A stretch of 64,000 bases of DNA from an uncultured Oligoflexus sp. Its GTDB lineage: Bacteria > Bdellovibrionota_B > Oligoflexia > Oligoflexales > Oligoflexaceae. The stretch lies in NCBI GenBank assembly GCA_964236955.1, contig CAXSGP010000003.1, forward strand, positions 24,449-88,448, in the 5' to 3' direction. Below are positions 50,369-59,308 of this stretch, in pieces (within the stretch, counting starts at the first letter, position 1; every line of letters starts with the position of its first letter). Under the pieces are notes generated by a model, which was not told the origin of the DNA, searched no databases, and was given only the letters and a program-made list of their open reading frames with translations. Both the position numbers and the translations under genes were made by a program.

Positions 50369-51961
50369 ATGATAAAAAGATACCATCATCACCTTTCAGC
50401 ATTGGTCGTGTGCAGCCTGGTTTTTGGCTGTAATAAAAAAGTTGAAACCAGCGATACCAGGGCCATCAGTACAGTAGGCACGATTCCGGCGGACGATCCA
50501 GGTGCGACGATCGCTAGCAATGCATTGGCCGTCGCCTATCCAGGTGCGCTGGCTCTTTCCGTATTTCCCGCGTCCCCAACCGCCCTGACGGCCGAAGAAG
50601 CGCCCGGGGCTTCTTATCAGACGAAGGTCGCTGACGCTGGCAAACGACTGCGCGGCGAAGGAGACTGTTTCGTTGCTGGTCAAATCGCCGAGCACAAGCA
50701 GACTAGCACCGAGGTACTCTGTTATGAGTTTGACTCCGATATGAACCCCTCGACCTTTACCGGAGGACCTGGCCCAGTTGCTAAGACGACTGGTACCATC
50801 GATGGTACGGATGGCTCTGGCCAGGCATGTATGGTGACTTTTGCCAAAGATCAGGTCGACGCCATCACGGCAAAAGTCGATAGAGCCCTGGCCGTCGTGC
50901 AAGGTCTACTGTGTGTTTCCAAGAAAAACGCCGAAGCAAAAGGCGAAGCCGTCGCAGCGATCGTGCCCGGTGAAGCGCCTTTGGAACTCGCCACCCTTGT
51001 TAATGAAGGTTTGCCAAAGAACTCACCGATCGAATTTGTGAAGGCCAACCTAAGTGCGGTTGCCAACGAAGGCGGGTCGATCACTTATGTAACAGAAGTG
51101 ACGATCAAAAATCCTTTTGGCAAAGTTGATTCCATAGTCTTGAATCATACGCCGGCAGTTGGTGATTTAGCCGAAAACGGTGTCCTGAGCTTTGTTCGTG
51201 AGCCACTAGGAACGTCTGACCCAAACTATCGTCCTCATGACGAGCAAAAAGATTCGGAAAAAAGCGATGTCATGACCATAAGCTATCGCAACAATGTAAG
51301 CGCCGAAGGTGTGAAAACGGTTGTAGCTGAACTGAATCAGGCGCGTGTTCATTCGAAGTATGAGCCCTTGAATGCAGCAGGGCTTATCAACTATGCCGCT
51401 ATCCCGGTGAGCGCTACGAACGATCAAATCTCGGCCATAAAATATGTTTCATTTAATATCAATCCCGATAATGGCGCCGGGAATCTCAGCTACTGGATCA
51501 ATCCAGGAGGCAGAGTCGAAGAATCAGCGCGTGGCTTCCTCTTCGAAATCAAAGCGGATGCCGAAGGTAACTTATCAGGCTGTGGCATTTCAGGGGCAAC
51601 AAGCGACGTTTCGATTCGAGCCGTCAATGCCGATTTAACCAAGACCCTTGCGCCGACCCGCTATTGGCATCCACGTGGCAAAGTCAATACCAATCCGCAA
51701 AAGGATGAACGGTATACAATCAACGCCATATCTAACAGCAATCTCCTAGTAAATGGACCACCGCCCGGTGGCAGCTCATCTCTTGAAGGTCCTTTCGTCA
51801 CTAAGCAATGTTTTACCCAGGCCGATGGAGTCTATAAAATCAACTCAGAACTCACGACGTCGCCGCAAGGGTACGATGTCATCGCGGGGAGCGATACAGC
51901 GGTGAGAGCCCCGGCTCGTCCCCCGGAACGTGCACCCTTGCCGCCGCCGCCTGAGAAATAG
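50369..51961 (+). CDS. Hypothetical large lipoprotein
   Basis: GAGGG RBS, lipobox VFGC, several Cys, Pro-rich C-terminus. Confidence 0.75.
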   Translation: MIKRYHHHLSALVVCSLVFGCNKKVETSDTRAISTVGTIPADDPGATIASNALAVAYPGALALSVFPASPTALTAEEAPGASYQTKVADAGKRLRGEGDCFVAGQIAEHKQTSTEVLCYEFDSDMNPSTFTGGPGPVAKTTGTIDGTDGSGQACMVTFAKDQVDAITAKVDRALAVVQGLLCVSKKNAEAKGEAVAAIVPGEAPLELATLVNEGLPKNSPIEFVKANLSAVANEGGSITYVTEVTIKNPFGKVDSIVLNHTPAVGDLAENGVLSFVREPLGTSDPNYRPHDEQKDSEKSDVMTISYRNNVSAEGVKTVVAELNQARVHSKYEPLNAAGLINYAAIPVSATNDQISAIKYVSFNINPDNGAGNLSYWINPGGRVEESARGFLFEIKADAEGNLSGCGISGATSDVSIRAVNADLTKTLAPTRYWHPRGKVNTNPQKDERYTINAISNSNLLVNGPPPGGSSSLEGPFVTKQCFTQADGVYKINSELTTSPQGYDVIAGSDTAVRAPARPPERAPLPPPPEK

Positions 51962-52132
51962 TGTGATCCAATTTTAATCCTGACGAAGCGCCACAAAGAG
52001 CTAAGTCATCTCATGAGTCTTCGATCGTGTTGGGTTAAGGCCCAACACTCCGTTAACGTCAGGAGACCTGTTATATAGAAGTGGTCCCTCGCCAGTTTCG
52101 CTTTACTACCAGAAACACCGAAGCTTGCAAAT

Positions 52133-54019
52133 TTAGGGGATAGGGTCGGCAACCATAGCCGGATAACACTGTGAGGCCAGCCAGACGCCAACGGCATCGG
52201 CTGGCGATTTGCCAAGGAATGGAGCCGTCACCAGTTCAGGGCTTGATGGTACGTTCGGAGCGATAGCCGTACTGCCCCCAAGGAAACTTATATCACCAAC
52301 ATGTCCGAAGTCATTGGGATCGATCAACGCGCCGCTGGCATCAAGTGAAGCTGCTGGTGGCACAACTCCCAAGGCCAGCCAGCTTACGCCTGGAGAGATG
52401 CCCGCTGCCGCGACGCCGATACTGGTTTGAACGGCTATTCCGGAAAGAAGCTGGGTATTGCTGAAATCGGCAATTTTATCTTTGGTTCCATGCAAAATGA
52501 GAGCCGAGCCTTTCGCAGCGGCGACAGTCCTGGCTGCTGATGCCGGGTCAGCTAGCAATTTTGCGCGAAAAACCTTGCCAAAATTTTGAAGGCCTCCATT
52601 TACCAGCGGCAGATGCATGATCGCTTCCGTAGATTTTATAAATTCGCTAATCTGAACGGCTTTCTGGTCGACGGCCAATGCTGGGTCTTCGCTGATAGCC
52701 GTGATGGCTTGATGGATAGAGGCAAACCCGGGGATGAAGTCCGCAGCAAGCACTCCATCGGCTCCTATGAGACCGGAACTCTTGGTCACCCAGTACTCGA
52801 AAAGAATCTTATTCGTACCCGCTGAAAAACTTGAGTGTGGTGCAACTATCCCTGCACAACTGAATAGTCCTGCAGAAACACCGGCACCCGCTAGCTGGCT
52901 TTGAATCGCGACAGTCTCGGCGTCAGTTTGTGTTGAGAAGAGCAAGGAATTGATCGCTCCCGCACGGGCCAATGCCAAGACCGAGACACCCGCGCCACGA
53001 CCCAGGCCAAGCATGATAGAGACGGGAGCACCAGCAGCATCGGCTAGGCCGAGAAGGGCGGGGGAGCCGGACTGTTGACCGAGGGCCTGTGCGTCGACTT
53101 GGGCCTTTGCACTGATTTTAATGATTTTTCGACTGATATTTTCGTTGGCTTGTTGCTTCGTCTCTATGTTTAACGTAGCAATTCCAGCGGTGTTTCGCGC
53201 CAAAGTTTTGATGCAATCATGAAGGCCAAGAAGATCTTCAGTATCATTTCCATAGGGTTTGGCCAATCCTACCGGAGGCGCGAGTATATGAGTATCGGTG
53301 CAGGTCTTCGGTCCAGGGCCGCTGTTATAAGTTCTGCAAAGAGGTTCCCCGGGAAAGGCAGGTGCTGCAACAATATGTCCTGACTGCAGCTGACCTAGTG
53401 CCAGTCCGATTTCCTCATAGGCGAGGCCAGTAGATCCCGCGTGGGCATAGAGGATCAGCGGATAGCCGAAGGTACCGGCACTCTCGCTTTTCGTCGCAAC
53501 TTTTTCGGAAGAAGCAGTATGAGCGGCCGCGGCATCCGTGATGGGTACGGTAAGGAGCGCGTTACGATAATCCGCATCACCCTTGAGTTTATAACTCATC
53601 CAATAGACTTTGGCAGCTAAGGCTAGCGCCGTTGGCTGACCGTTTTTCAGCTCGATAGCGTTGCTAAGCCCTACGGCAGCACCTGGGTTGATATCGATGA
53701 GGGGGGATTTGACCTCGAGACAGTGCTGAGAGTCCGCATTGCTCAGATAGCCTTTGACCTGAGCCACCGATGCCTCGGTAGATTTTAGCGGATCCGTGAT
53801 CAGGCCCGAAGGTGTTCCTATGCTGGTGCCTAGTTTTTCAAGGCTTCCACCATCGAAGGCTGGGATCAGAAGGAGGGCACGCACGGCTTTCCAGAGTGGG
53901 TTTTCAAAATCATCCCCATTCAAGTCGCTAATAGCAGCAGGAAAATCAGTGTTATTGGCGGTTTTGCTATTGCAATTCATAAGGCTGAGAACAAAAAACA
54001 GTATCACTACTAATCTCAT
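52133..54019 (-). CDS. Lipoprotein with alpha/beta-hydrolase-like fold lacking the nucleophile Ser
   Basis: ATG 54019 after AGAGG, lipobox-like LMNC; YAHAG, APAFPGE, GLGRG, LHG.KD, late His. Confidence 0.7.
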   Translation of the reverse strand: MRLVVILFFVLSLMNCNSKTANNTDFPAAISDLNGDDFENPLWKAVRALLLIPAFDGGSLEKLGTSIGTPSGLITDPLKSTEASVAQVKGYLSNADSQHCLEVKSPLIDINPGAAVGLSNAIELKNGQPTALALAAKVYWMSYKLKGDADYRNALLTVPITDAAAAHTASSEKVATKSESAGTFGYPLILYAHAGSTGLAYEEIGLALGQLQSGHIVAAPAFPGEPLCRTYNSGPGPKTCTDTHILAPPVGLAKPYGNDTEDLLGLHDCIKTLARNTAGIATLNIETKQQANENISRKIIKISAKAQVDAQALGQQSGSPALLGLADAAGAPVSIMLGLGRGAGVSVLALARAGAINSLLFSTQTDAETVAIQSQLAGAGVSAGLFSCAGIVAPHSSFSAGTNKILFEYWVTKSSGLIGADGVLAADFIPGFASIHQAITAISEDPALAVDQKAVQISEFIKSTEAIMHLPLVNGGLQNFGKVFRAKLLADPASAARTVAAAKGSALILHGTKDKIADFSNTQLLSGIAVQTSIGVAAAGISPGVSWLALGVVPPAASLDASGALIDPNDFGHVGDISFLGGSTAIAPNVPSSPELVTAPFLGKSPADAVGVWLASQCYPAMVADPIP

Positions 54020-54160
54020 GAAAGCCTCTTCTTGGCAGCGCGAGACGATATGCTTCCATTCTAGAATATGAAACTTACTTCGCCTAGGTGCATGAGTGAT
54101 GTGGATATGAATCGTCCCTTCCATTAGAATGGACATATAATAATCGCTGAAGGACAATGA

Positions 54161-55933
54161 ATGCATTCTTTGCGTCCAGGAAAGTATAGGCTTATCTATT
54201 GGCGCCGGATCTTCCTGTTGATTTCGGGAATTTTTGCGATGCAAAGCGCGGTGGCTCAGACCCCGATTAAAAAAGGGACTAATGCACCCGCTTCCCTGCA
54301 GGCTTCCGCAAAAGAAAGCGAAACGCCCAAAGCCTCGGCTTCCCCCGGCCCGGCTGCCAATGCAGTCCCAGGGCGAACTCAGCTGGCTCCGAAAAAGGCC
54401 ACGCTTCCATCCGCTGCCAACCAGAAGCCAAGCACGGGGGCAACGGGATCGGGCATCTCAGCCAATCCGGCAGCGATAAAAGCAACGAATACCACAGGTT
54501 CACCCCAGACGGGGCCACTGCGCCTTCAGGCCCGCCCCTTGCCCAATCAACAGAATCAAACGACCAGCCCGACGGCAGCACCCCCTGCGGATACGACTGC
54601 AGGTCAGGCAACGGCAGGAGCAGCGGCAGCGCCCGGATCAGCGGCGGCTGCGCCCGCTGCAAGTCCGATGGCTTCCGGAAAGTCCATCAAATCTATCCGA
54701 AAGAAAAAGCGCAAGGAAACCAGTGATTCGATCGCGAAGAAACAAGGGGTCGAAGGTCCAGGTTACGTAGTGGGAGGGGAAGCCCAGGTTCTGCCGGCCC
54801 GTATCCTTAGGTTCCGCTATGTTCTGCAGAATATTTCGGGGGCTAAAGGCTATGATGAGAAAGGCAAGTCGTATGAATCAGGGGCGTCCATAAACATTAC
54901 GGGTCATTCCTTTATAGCGGAATATGGAATTACGGATCGTCTCTCTCTGCAGTTTATCGTCCCAGTCACGGGTTCCAGTAACCTCGGTATCGATGCTAAA
55001 AAGTTCCGAAAAACCGCCGAGTATGAAAAACAATATCGTCTCCTAGTCGAGGGCGTGGCACCCTCTTTACAACAAGGTGGGTTTTGCAAAGATTATACGA
55101 GCTGTCGCCAGTTGATCGATAACGGCTTGGCGCTTGGGGTTGACACTCCTTTCGAATTGCCGACAGGTGAAGTGGCAATTGTTCCCTCGAAGGTTCCTAT
55201 CAAAAATGTTGCAGATAGTCTCATCATGAAAGCCCTTGAGCCCGCTAACGGTAAAACGGGCCTTGGCGATATAACCATCGGCTTAGGCTATAATATAGTA
55301 ACCACCCCTAAGCACGTTTTTACTGTGGGTCTCGGGCTCCGGATGCCCACTGGTGATTACACCGATGTGCCGATCGCCTATCGCGCCCCGGGCTCCGGAT
55401 TCACAACCCTTGGGCTCCTTCTTCGTTACGACTATCGTATCGTGAATCCACTGGTCTTTTCGATCGGTACCCAATCCGAATACCATGTGATCAACGCGGT
55501 TCGCAAGCGATCGAGTGCTCTCAATCCCACCCAACTCAATAGCGCCGATCCAACCGTTGATAATCCGGCAATTGCCGGCAAGGGCGATGGTGTGGCTAAT
55601 AACACGAAAATCGAGCGCAAAGGTGTTTTGAATGCCGGTTCAACGAGTTTGATTTTCGCGCTCGGCGCATGGACGAGTTATTTGAATGCGTTCGTCACTT
55701 TCGCAGCCTTGAATTGGGAAATTGATCCCGCCTCCCACCAGGGGGCGCTCTCTGTCAAAGATAAGTCAGAGAGCTATTACGGGACCAGTGGTTTGTCCAT
55801 AAACGGGCTTAGTCTTCAGCCTCGAATCCCCGTTATATTTACCTATTCGCACACGACTGCTGTGGCTGGAAAAAATTCTATTGTGACTCCTGACGCTGAT
55901 GTCTACCAATTCATCTTCTTTTATAAATTTTGA
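54161..55933 (+). CDS. Putative outer-membrane beta-barrel protein (MetA-pathway/CopB-like) with long Ala/Pro-rich N-terminal extension
   Basis: Signal peptide ending AVA, low-complexity linker, EYGITD.L, GLGDI, GL..PTG, C-terminal Y.F. Confidence 0.65.
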   Translation: MHSLRPGKYRLIYWRRIFLLISGIFAMQSAVAQTPIKKGTNAPASLQASAKESETPKASASPGPAANAVPGRTQLAPKKATLPSAANQKPSTGATGSGISANPAAIKATNTTGSPQTGPLRLQARPLPNQQNQTTSPTAAPPADTTAGQATAGAAAAPGSAAAAPAASPMASGKSIKSIRKKKRKETSDSIAKKQGVEGPGYVVGGEAQVLPARILRFRYVLQNISGAKGYDEKGKSYESGASINITGHSFIAEYGITDRLSLQFIVPVTGSSNLGIDAKKFRKTAEYEKQYRLLVEGVAPSLQQGGFCKDYTSCRQLIDNGLALGVDTPFELPTGEVAIVPSKVPIKNVADSLIMKALEPANGKTGLGDITIGLGYNIVTTPKHVFTVGLGLRMPTGDYTDVPIAYRAPGSGFTTLGLLLRYDYRIVNPLVFSIGTQSEYHVINAVRKRSSALNPTQLNSADPTVDNPAIAGKGDGVANNTKIERKGVLNAGSTSLIFALGAWTSYLNAFVTFAALNWEIDPASHQGALSVKDKSESYYGTSGLSINGLSLQPRIPVIFTYSHTTAVAGKNSIVTPDADVYQFIFFYKF

Positions 55934-55998
55934 TTCGATGGCCTCCAATCGATTTGAAGCTTAGGATTTCCAATACATTGATTGAGCGGAGTTTTTGT

Positions 55999-56514
55999 AT
56001 GCGCTGCCATCGAACCTTGATCCCCTCTCTTTTGCTCCTCACGTCAGCACCAGCCTTGGCTGATTCGTTCGATATTCAGGGCGGCTTGCGCAAGGCCCAC
56101 GGGCAGGACTGGAAAGGCGGAGAGTTTATGATTCACTACCTTTCCGAGGATATTCATTCTTTCAGTTTTGGTGCCTATTTCTCCAGCAGTGCCTGGTTAA
56201 CCCCAAAGTCCAAAAAGGCTTTAAATCTCGAAGGCGGACCTGAGATTCGTTATCAAGTCGATGAGGAAAAGAGGACTTGGTTTGGAGCCATGCAGTATGC
56301 ATCCCTTTCGAATGGAACGGTTCAGGCCGATCATAGTATTGGCATTCGCATTTATGGGCCGAGGCTTATCGCGGGAGTGATCCTGCCGTTTGACAATGGA
56401 GTGATATTCAATGCTGGGCTCATGAAAGGTTTTGAAACCATCACCTTCCATGGTGACACCCAAAGCCAGGCGGATTTTTCGTCTTTCGGTGCGTTTATCG
56501 GTTTTGGCCTTTAG
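55999..56514 (+). CDS. Small outer-membrane beta-barrel-like protein
   Basis: GGAG RBS, signal peptide ending ALA, amphipathic strands, C-terminal FIGFGL. Confidence 0.65.
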   Translation: MRCHRTLIPSLLLLTSAPALADSFDIQGGLRKAHGQDWKGGEFMIHYLSEDIHSFSFGAYFSSSAWLTPKSKKALNLEGGPEIRYQVDEEKRTWFGAMQYASLSNGTVQADHSIGIRIYGPRLIAGVILPFDNGVIFNAGLMKGFETITFHGDTQSQADFSSFGAFIGFGL

Positions 56515-56690
56515 GTCAAGCCCGGTTAATCCCGATTTGAAACAATAAGTATCTGTAATCACTGAAAAAAATTAGAACCCATAATAATTCGCCAAAAAGG
56601 CGCTGGAAGCTATTGCCAAAGTCTTAGAGACCTGTTAAAAAGGCGCACCACGGCTTAGAAGACTAAGCCGACACCAAGTTGGAGCGCCAT

Positions 56691-57812
56691 TTGAAAACTG
56701 TAAATGCCCTCTTGTCAGGATTAATCAGTCTCAGTACTGCCCTTCATGCCGAGATCCTTCCCCCTTCCGTCACCCTAACAAATGACAACCCTAGATTCGG
56801 CACAGCGATGCCCGTGGCTGACGCCAGCCCTTTCTCCCAATCAGAAATACCGGCGCCCCAGATCGGGCGTTTTACAGTTTGGCTCGACATACTTGATAAA
56901 CAACTTATCGGTATTACTCCGGAAGATGCCGCAGACCGTTTGGTTGCCAGCGGAGCCCGTGCGGTCACGTTCAATCTGCAGGCCTTAGGTCGTCTCTATG
57001 CTGATGAAAATCCAGCCTTCGAGAAGATACGCATCGCCTTTAAAAGCCTTGAAGATGGTATCGGTGGCTATCAAAAATGGACCGACCTGGAAAGACAGGG
57101 GCGTGAATCGGGTGTCAGTCCCTCTGTCTTAGCGCGACTTCAGGCTAATCGCGACACAGCTCGTATCGTCTTTGTGAAGGCGCTTACTACCACTCAATTT
57201 GTGCCTATCGATGGCAAATCCTTGCCCTACACTCAGACACTTCGCAATTTTCTCAATAATTATGCCTGGAAAGACGTTGCCAAGGATCGCGATGAGGTTT
57301 TGAACAAGCTCATACTTGAAATCGAAAACATCAGGACAGCAAGCTACGACTTTTCCCATCTGGAGGATGGTAATGGCGTCCATGAATTCCGCCGTAAAAT
57401 GCGCTGGATTTCAATGGAAACGAGAGCCCTGAACGGAATGATTAAGCTCAAGCCGATCGCTGAAGCCTGTCCGGTTCCTGAATATTCGTCAGTCGTGTTT
57501 GACCCCATCGCACAAAGCAAATATGCGGTGCTCCCTGGATCGGCGAACGAGCCCAGCGCGGTCGCTCTCACTCCTTGCCTTTATGTGATGGTGGCGAAAC
57601 TGGTCGAGGACGTAAATCAGATTAAAGCGAAGGCTGAACTTGAAGACAGCTTTGCTGAGGGTGATCCTACCGATGCCGTAAGTATCAGCGAGCAAGCGAA
57701 GGTTCAGGCGATGCTTGACGGTGCTTTCCATAACGACCTTTTTGGACGTTTGCAGAAAGAATTGGCTCGCGGCCTGAGCGCAGTGGAATCCGAGACTGCT
57801 CCTCTTGATTGA
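56691..57812 (+). CDS. CHAD-like domain protein with signal peptide
   Basis: TTG after GGAG; K.LED.IG and HEFRRKMRW motifs; helical. Confidence 0.65.
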   Translation: MKTVNALLSGLISLSTALHAEILPPSVTLTNDNPRFGTAMPVADASPFSQSEIPAPQIGRFTVWLDILDKQLIGITPEDAADRLVASGARAVTFNLQALGRLYADENPAFEKIRIAFKSLEDGIGGYQKWTDLERQGRESGVSPSVLARLQANRDTARIVFVKALTTTQFVPIDGKSLPYTQTLRNFLNNYAWKDVAKDRDEVLNKLILEIENIRTASYDFSHLEDGNGVHEFRRKMRWISMETRALNGMIKLKPIAEACPVPEYSSVVFDPIAQSKYAVLPGSANEPSAVALTPCLYVMVAKLVEDVNQIKAKAELEDSFAEGDPTDAVSISEQAKVQAMLDGAFHNDLFGRLQKELARGLSAVESETAPLD

Positions 57813-57841
57813 TGCTTTCAGCATCCTCCAGCCCGTTGTAC

Positions 57842-58888
57842 CTAGGGTAGGACGGGTTTTTTCATGCCCTGAGCTTGGTCCGAAGCGGTTTTGAATTTCA
57901 GCCAGAATACATTATTGGTGTTCCCCTTCTGGTCAACAGCCACCAAGAAGCCTTGGGTGCCAAGGGAGGCAAGGCCTTCGGCATGGTCAATTTCGGCAGG
58001 AAGATGGTAGGTCTCAGCCACGGTTATCACCTTTTTTGCCGAATCAAGACTGCGCAGACGAATGATGCTTGAACAATCCTTGAGCAAAGCCAGAAGAGAG
58101 CCATCGCTATCGACAGCGAGATCGCTTGGCTGACAGCCATGCGCTTCGTTCATCTCCCAACTTGCAAGCGGAACAAGGCCGCTTAAAACCGGTGATTTGA
58201 AGGCCTCATTATCTGCTAAGACAGTTTCCGGCCGAAAGCCCAGAACACTTTCCCCTTTGGGACCATATTCTATAAGCACGCTGGGTTTGGTGAGAGCGAC
58301 CACGATATGCGATTTTTTGAGAAGCACCAATCCCTCATAGCCTTTAACCTTGCTTTTTCGGCCCTCCCACTTTGCAAGATCAAAGACTCTCTGGCCTTTG
58401 CCTTCGGCATCGAATTGGAATATTTGGTTGGTCGATTCTTTTAGGGCAAACAGAGTTCCAACCCGGTCAAAGGCCAGGGCCTCCCATTGCGATTTTCTGT
58501 TGAGATTGCCATCCGGGGGAGCCGTCATACGCAATCGGCTTGCTGTGGCGAGATCAAGCCTTGGCGAAACTTTAGTGTCTAAGGCAATCCGAAGGAGATC
58601 CTGGTCATGGTCTGAGGCCAGATAAAGATAGGAATTGTAGATCGCCATGCCGGAAAGTTCGGGAAGCGGGGCTGACCAGCGCTGGCTTATCGTCACGTTC
58701 GGGCTTTCCGCCTGTAAAGTGAGGGAGGGAAGACTTGCGCCTAAGGCTAAGCCCAGCAGTCCGTATAAAATCAGACTGCCGATTTTTGTCGATTTAGCGA
58801 AAGGCTTGGTTAAAATAGGGCCCGGGAGCGTGGAGCTTGGCATGCGATTCCTAACGGTTCGAATGATGGAAGGTCTTGAAAAGTCCAA
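57842..58888 (-). CDS. SdiA-regulated/YjiK-like beta-propeller protein (start uncertain)
   Basis: ELSG, WEAL, YEGL, SDL, AEGL blade motifs after a hydrophobic N-terminal segment. Confidence 0.75.
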   Translation of the reverse strand: MDFSRPSIIRTVRNRMPSSTLPGPILTKPFAKSTKIGSLILYGLLGLALGASLPSLTLQAESPNVTISQRWSAPLPELSGMAIYNSYLYLASDHDQDLLRIALDTKVSPRLDLATASRLRMTAPPDGNLNRKSQWEALAFDRVGTLFALKESTNQIFQFDAEGKGQRVFDLAKWEGRKSKVKGYEGLVLLKKSHIVVALTKPSVLIEYGPKGESVLGFRPETVLADNEAFKSPVLSGLVPLASWEMNEAHGCQPSDLAVDSDGSLLALLKDCSSIIRLRSLDSAKKVITVAETYHLPAEIDHAEGLASLGTQGFLVAVDQKGNTNNVFWLKFKTASDQAQGMKKPVLP

Positions 58889-58928
58889 CTCTGCTTAGGT
58901 CAATAAAATAGCTTGGAAAGTCCAACCG

Positions 58929-59093
58929 ATGTCAATTGAAAAGTCGAAGTGTCCGGTCTGCCTTGAGCCAAATTTCTGTGGACTCGTCACCGATTCAGGG
59001 GATTGCTGGTGCTTTCGTCACAAGCGCGCGAGGCCACTGCCTGAAACTGAAATTGCCTGCTACTGCCCTTTGTGCCTTAACAAAGTCCAATAG
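58929..59093 (+). CDS. Cysteine-rich CWC family small protein (54 aa, absent from the ORF track)
   Basis: Own translation MSIEKSKCPVCLEPNFCGLVTDSGDCWCFRHKRARPLPETEIACYCPLCLNKVQ: CPxC..N.C, CWC, CxCxxCL. Confidence 0.85.
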   Translation: MSIEKSKCPVCLEPNFCGLVTDSGDCWCFRHKRARPLPETEIACYCPLCLNKVQ

Positions 59094-59232
59094 TTACCAA
59101 GGGTAAAGGAGCGCTGCTCAGGATTGGGTGGCTTTCTGCATTTTTTTTATTTCGTTTTCCATGAAAAGGAATCGCTGTGTCGGATATTCAATCCGAAGTA
59201 AAGGAATAGTCGGGCTAATTTGCAAAAATTTA

Positions 59233-59259
59233 TAAAGAAATTTCTCATAATTCCGATAC
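59233..59259 (+). promoter_or_regulatory. sigma28-like promoter upstream of the GH76-like gene
   Basis: TAAA-N15-TCCGATAC. Confidence 0.55.
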
Positions 59260-59308
59260 GACACTGACTGCGCACTCGTCATGCCAGCTTAGGGGGGAGG
59301 TCCAGAGC

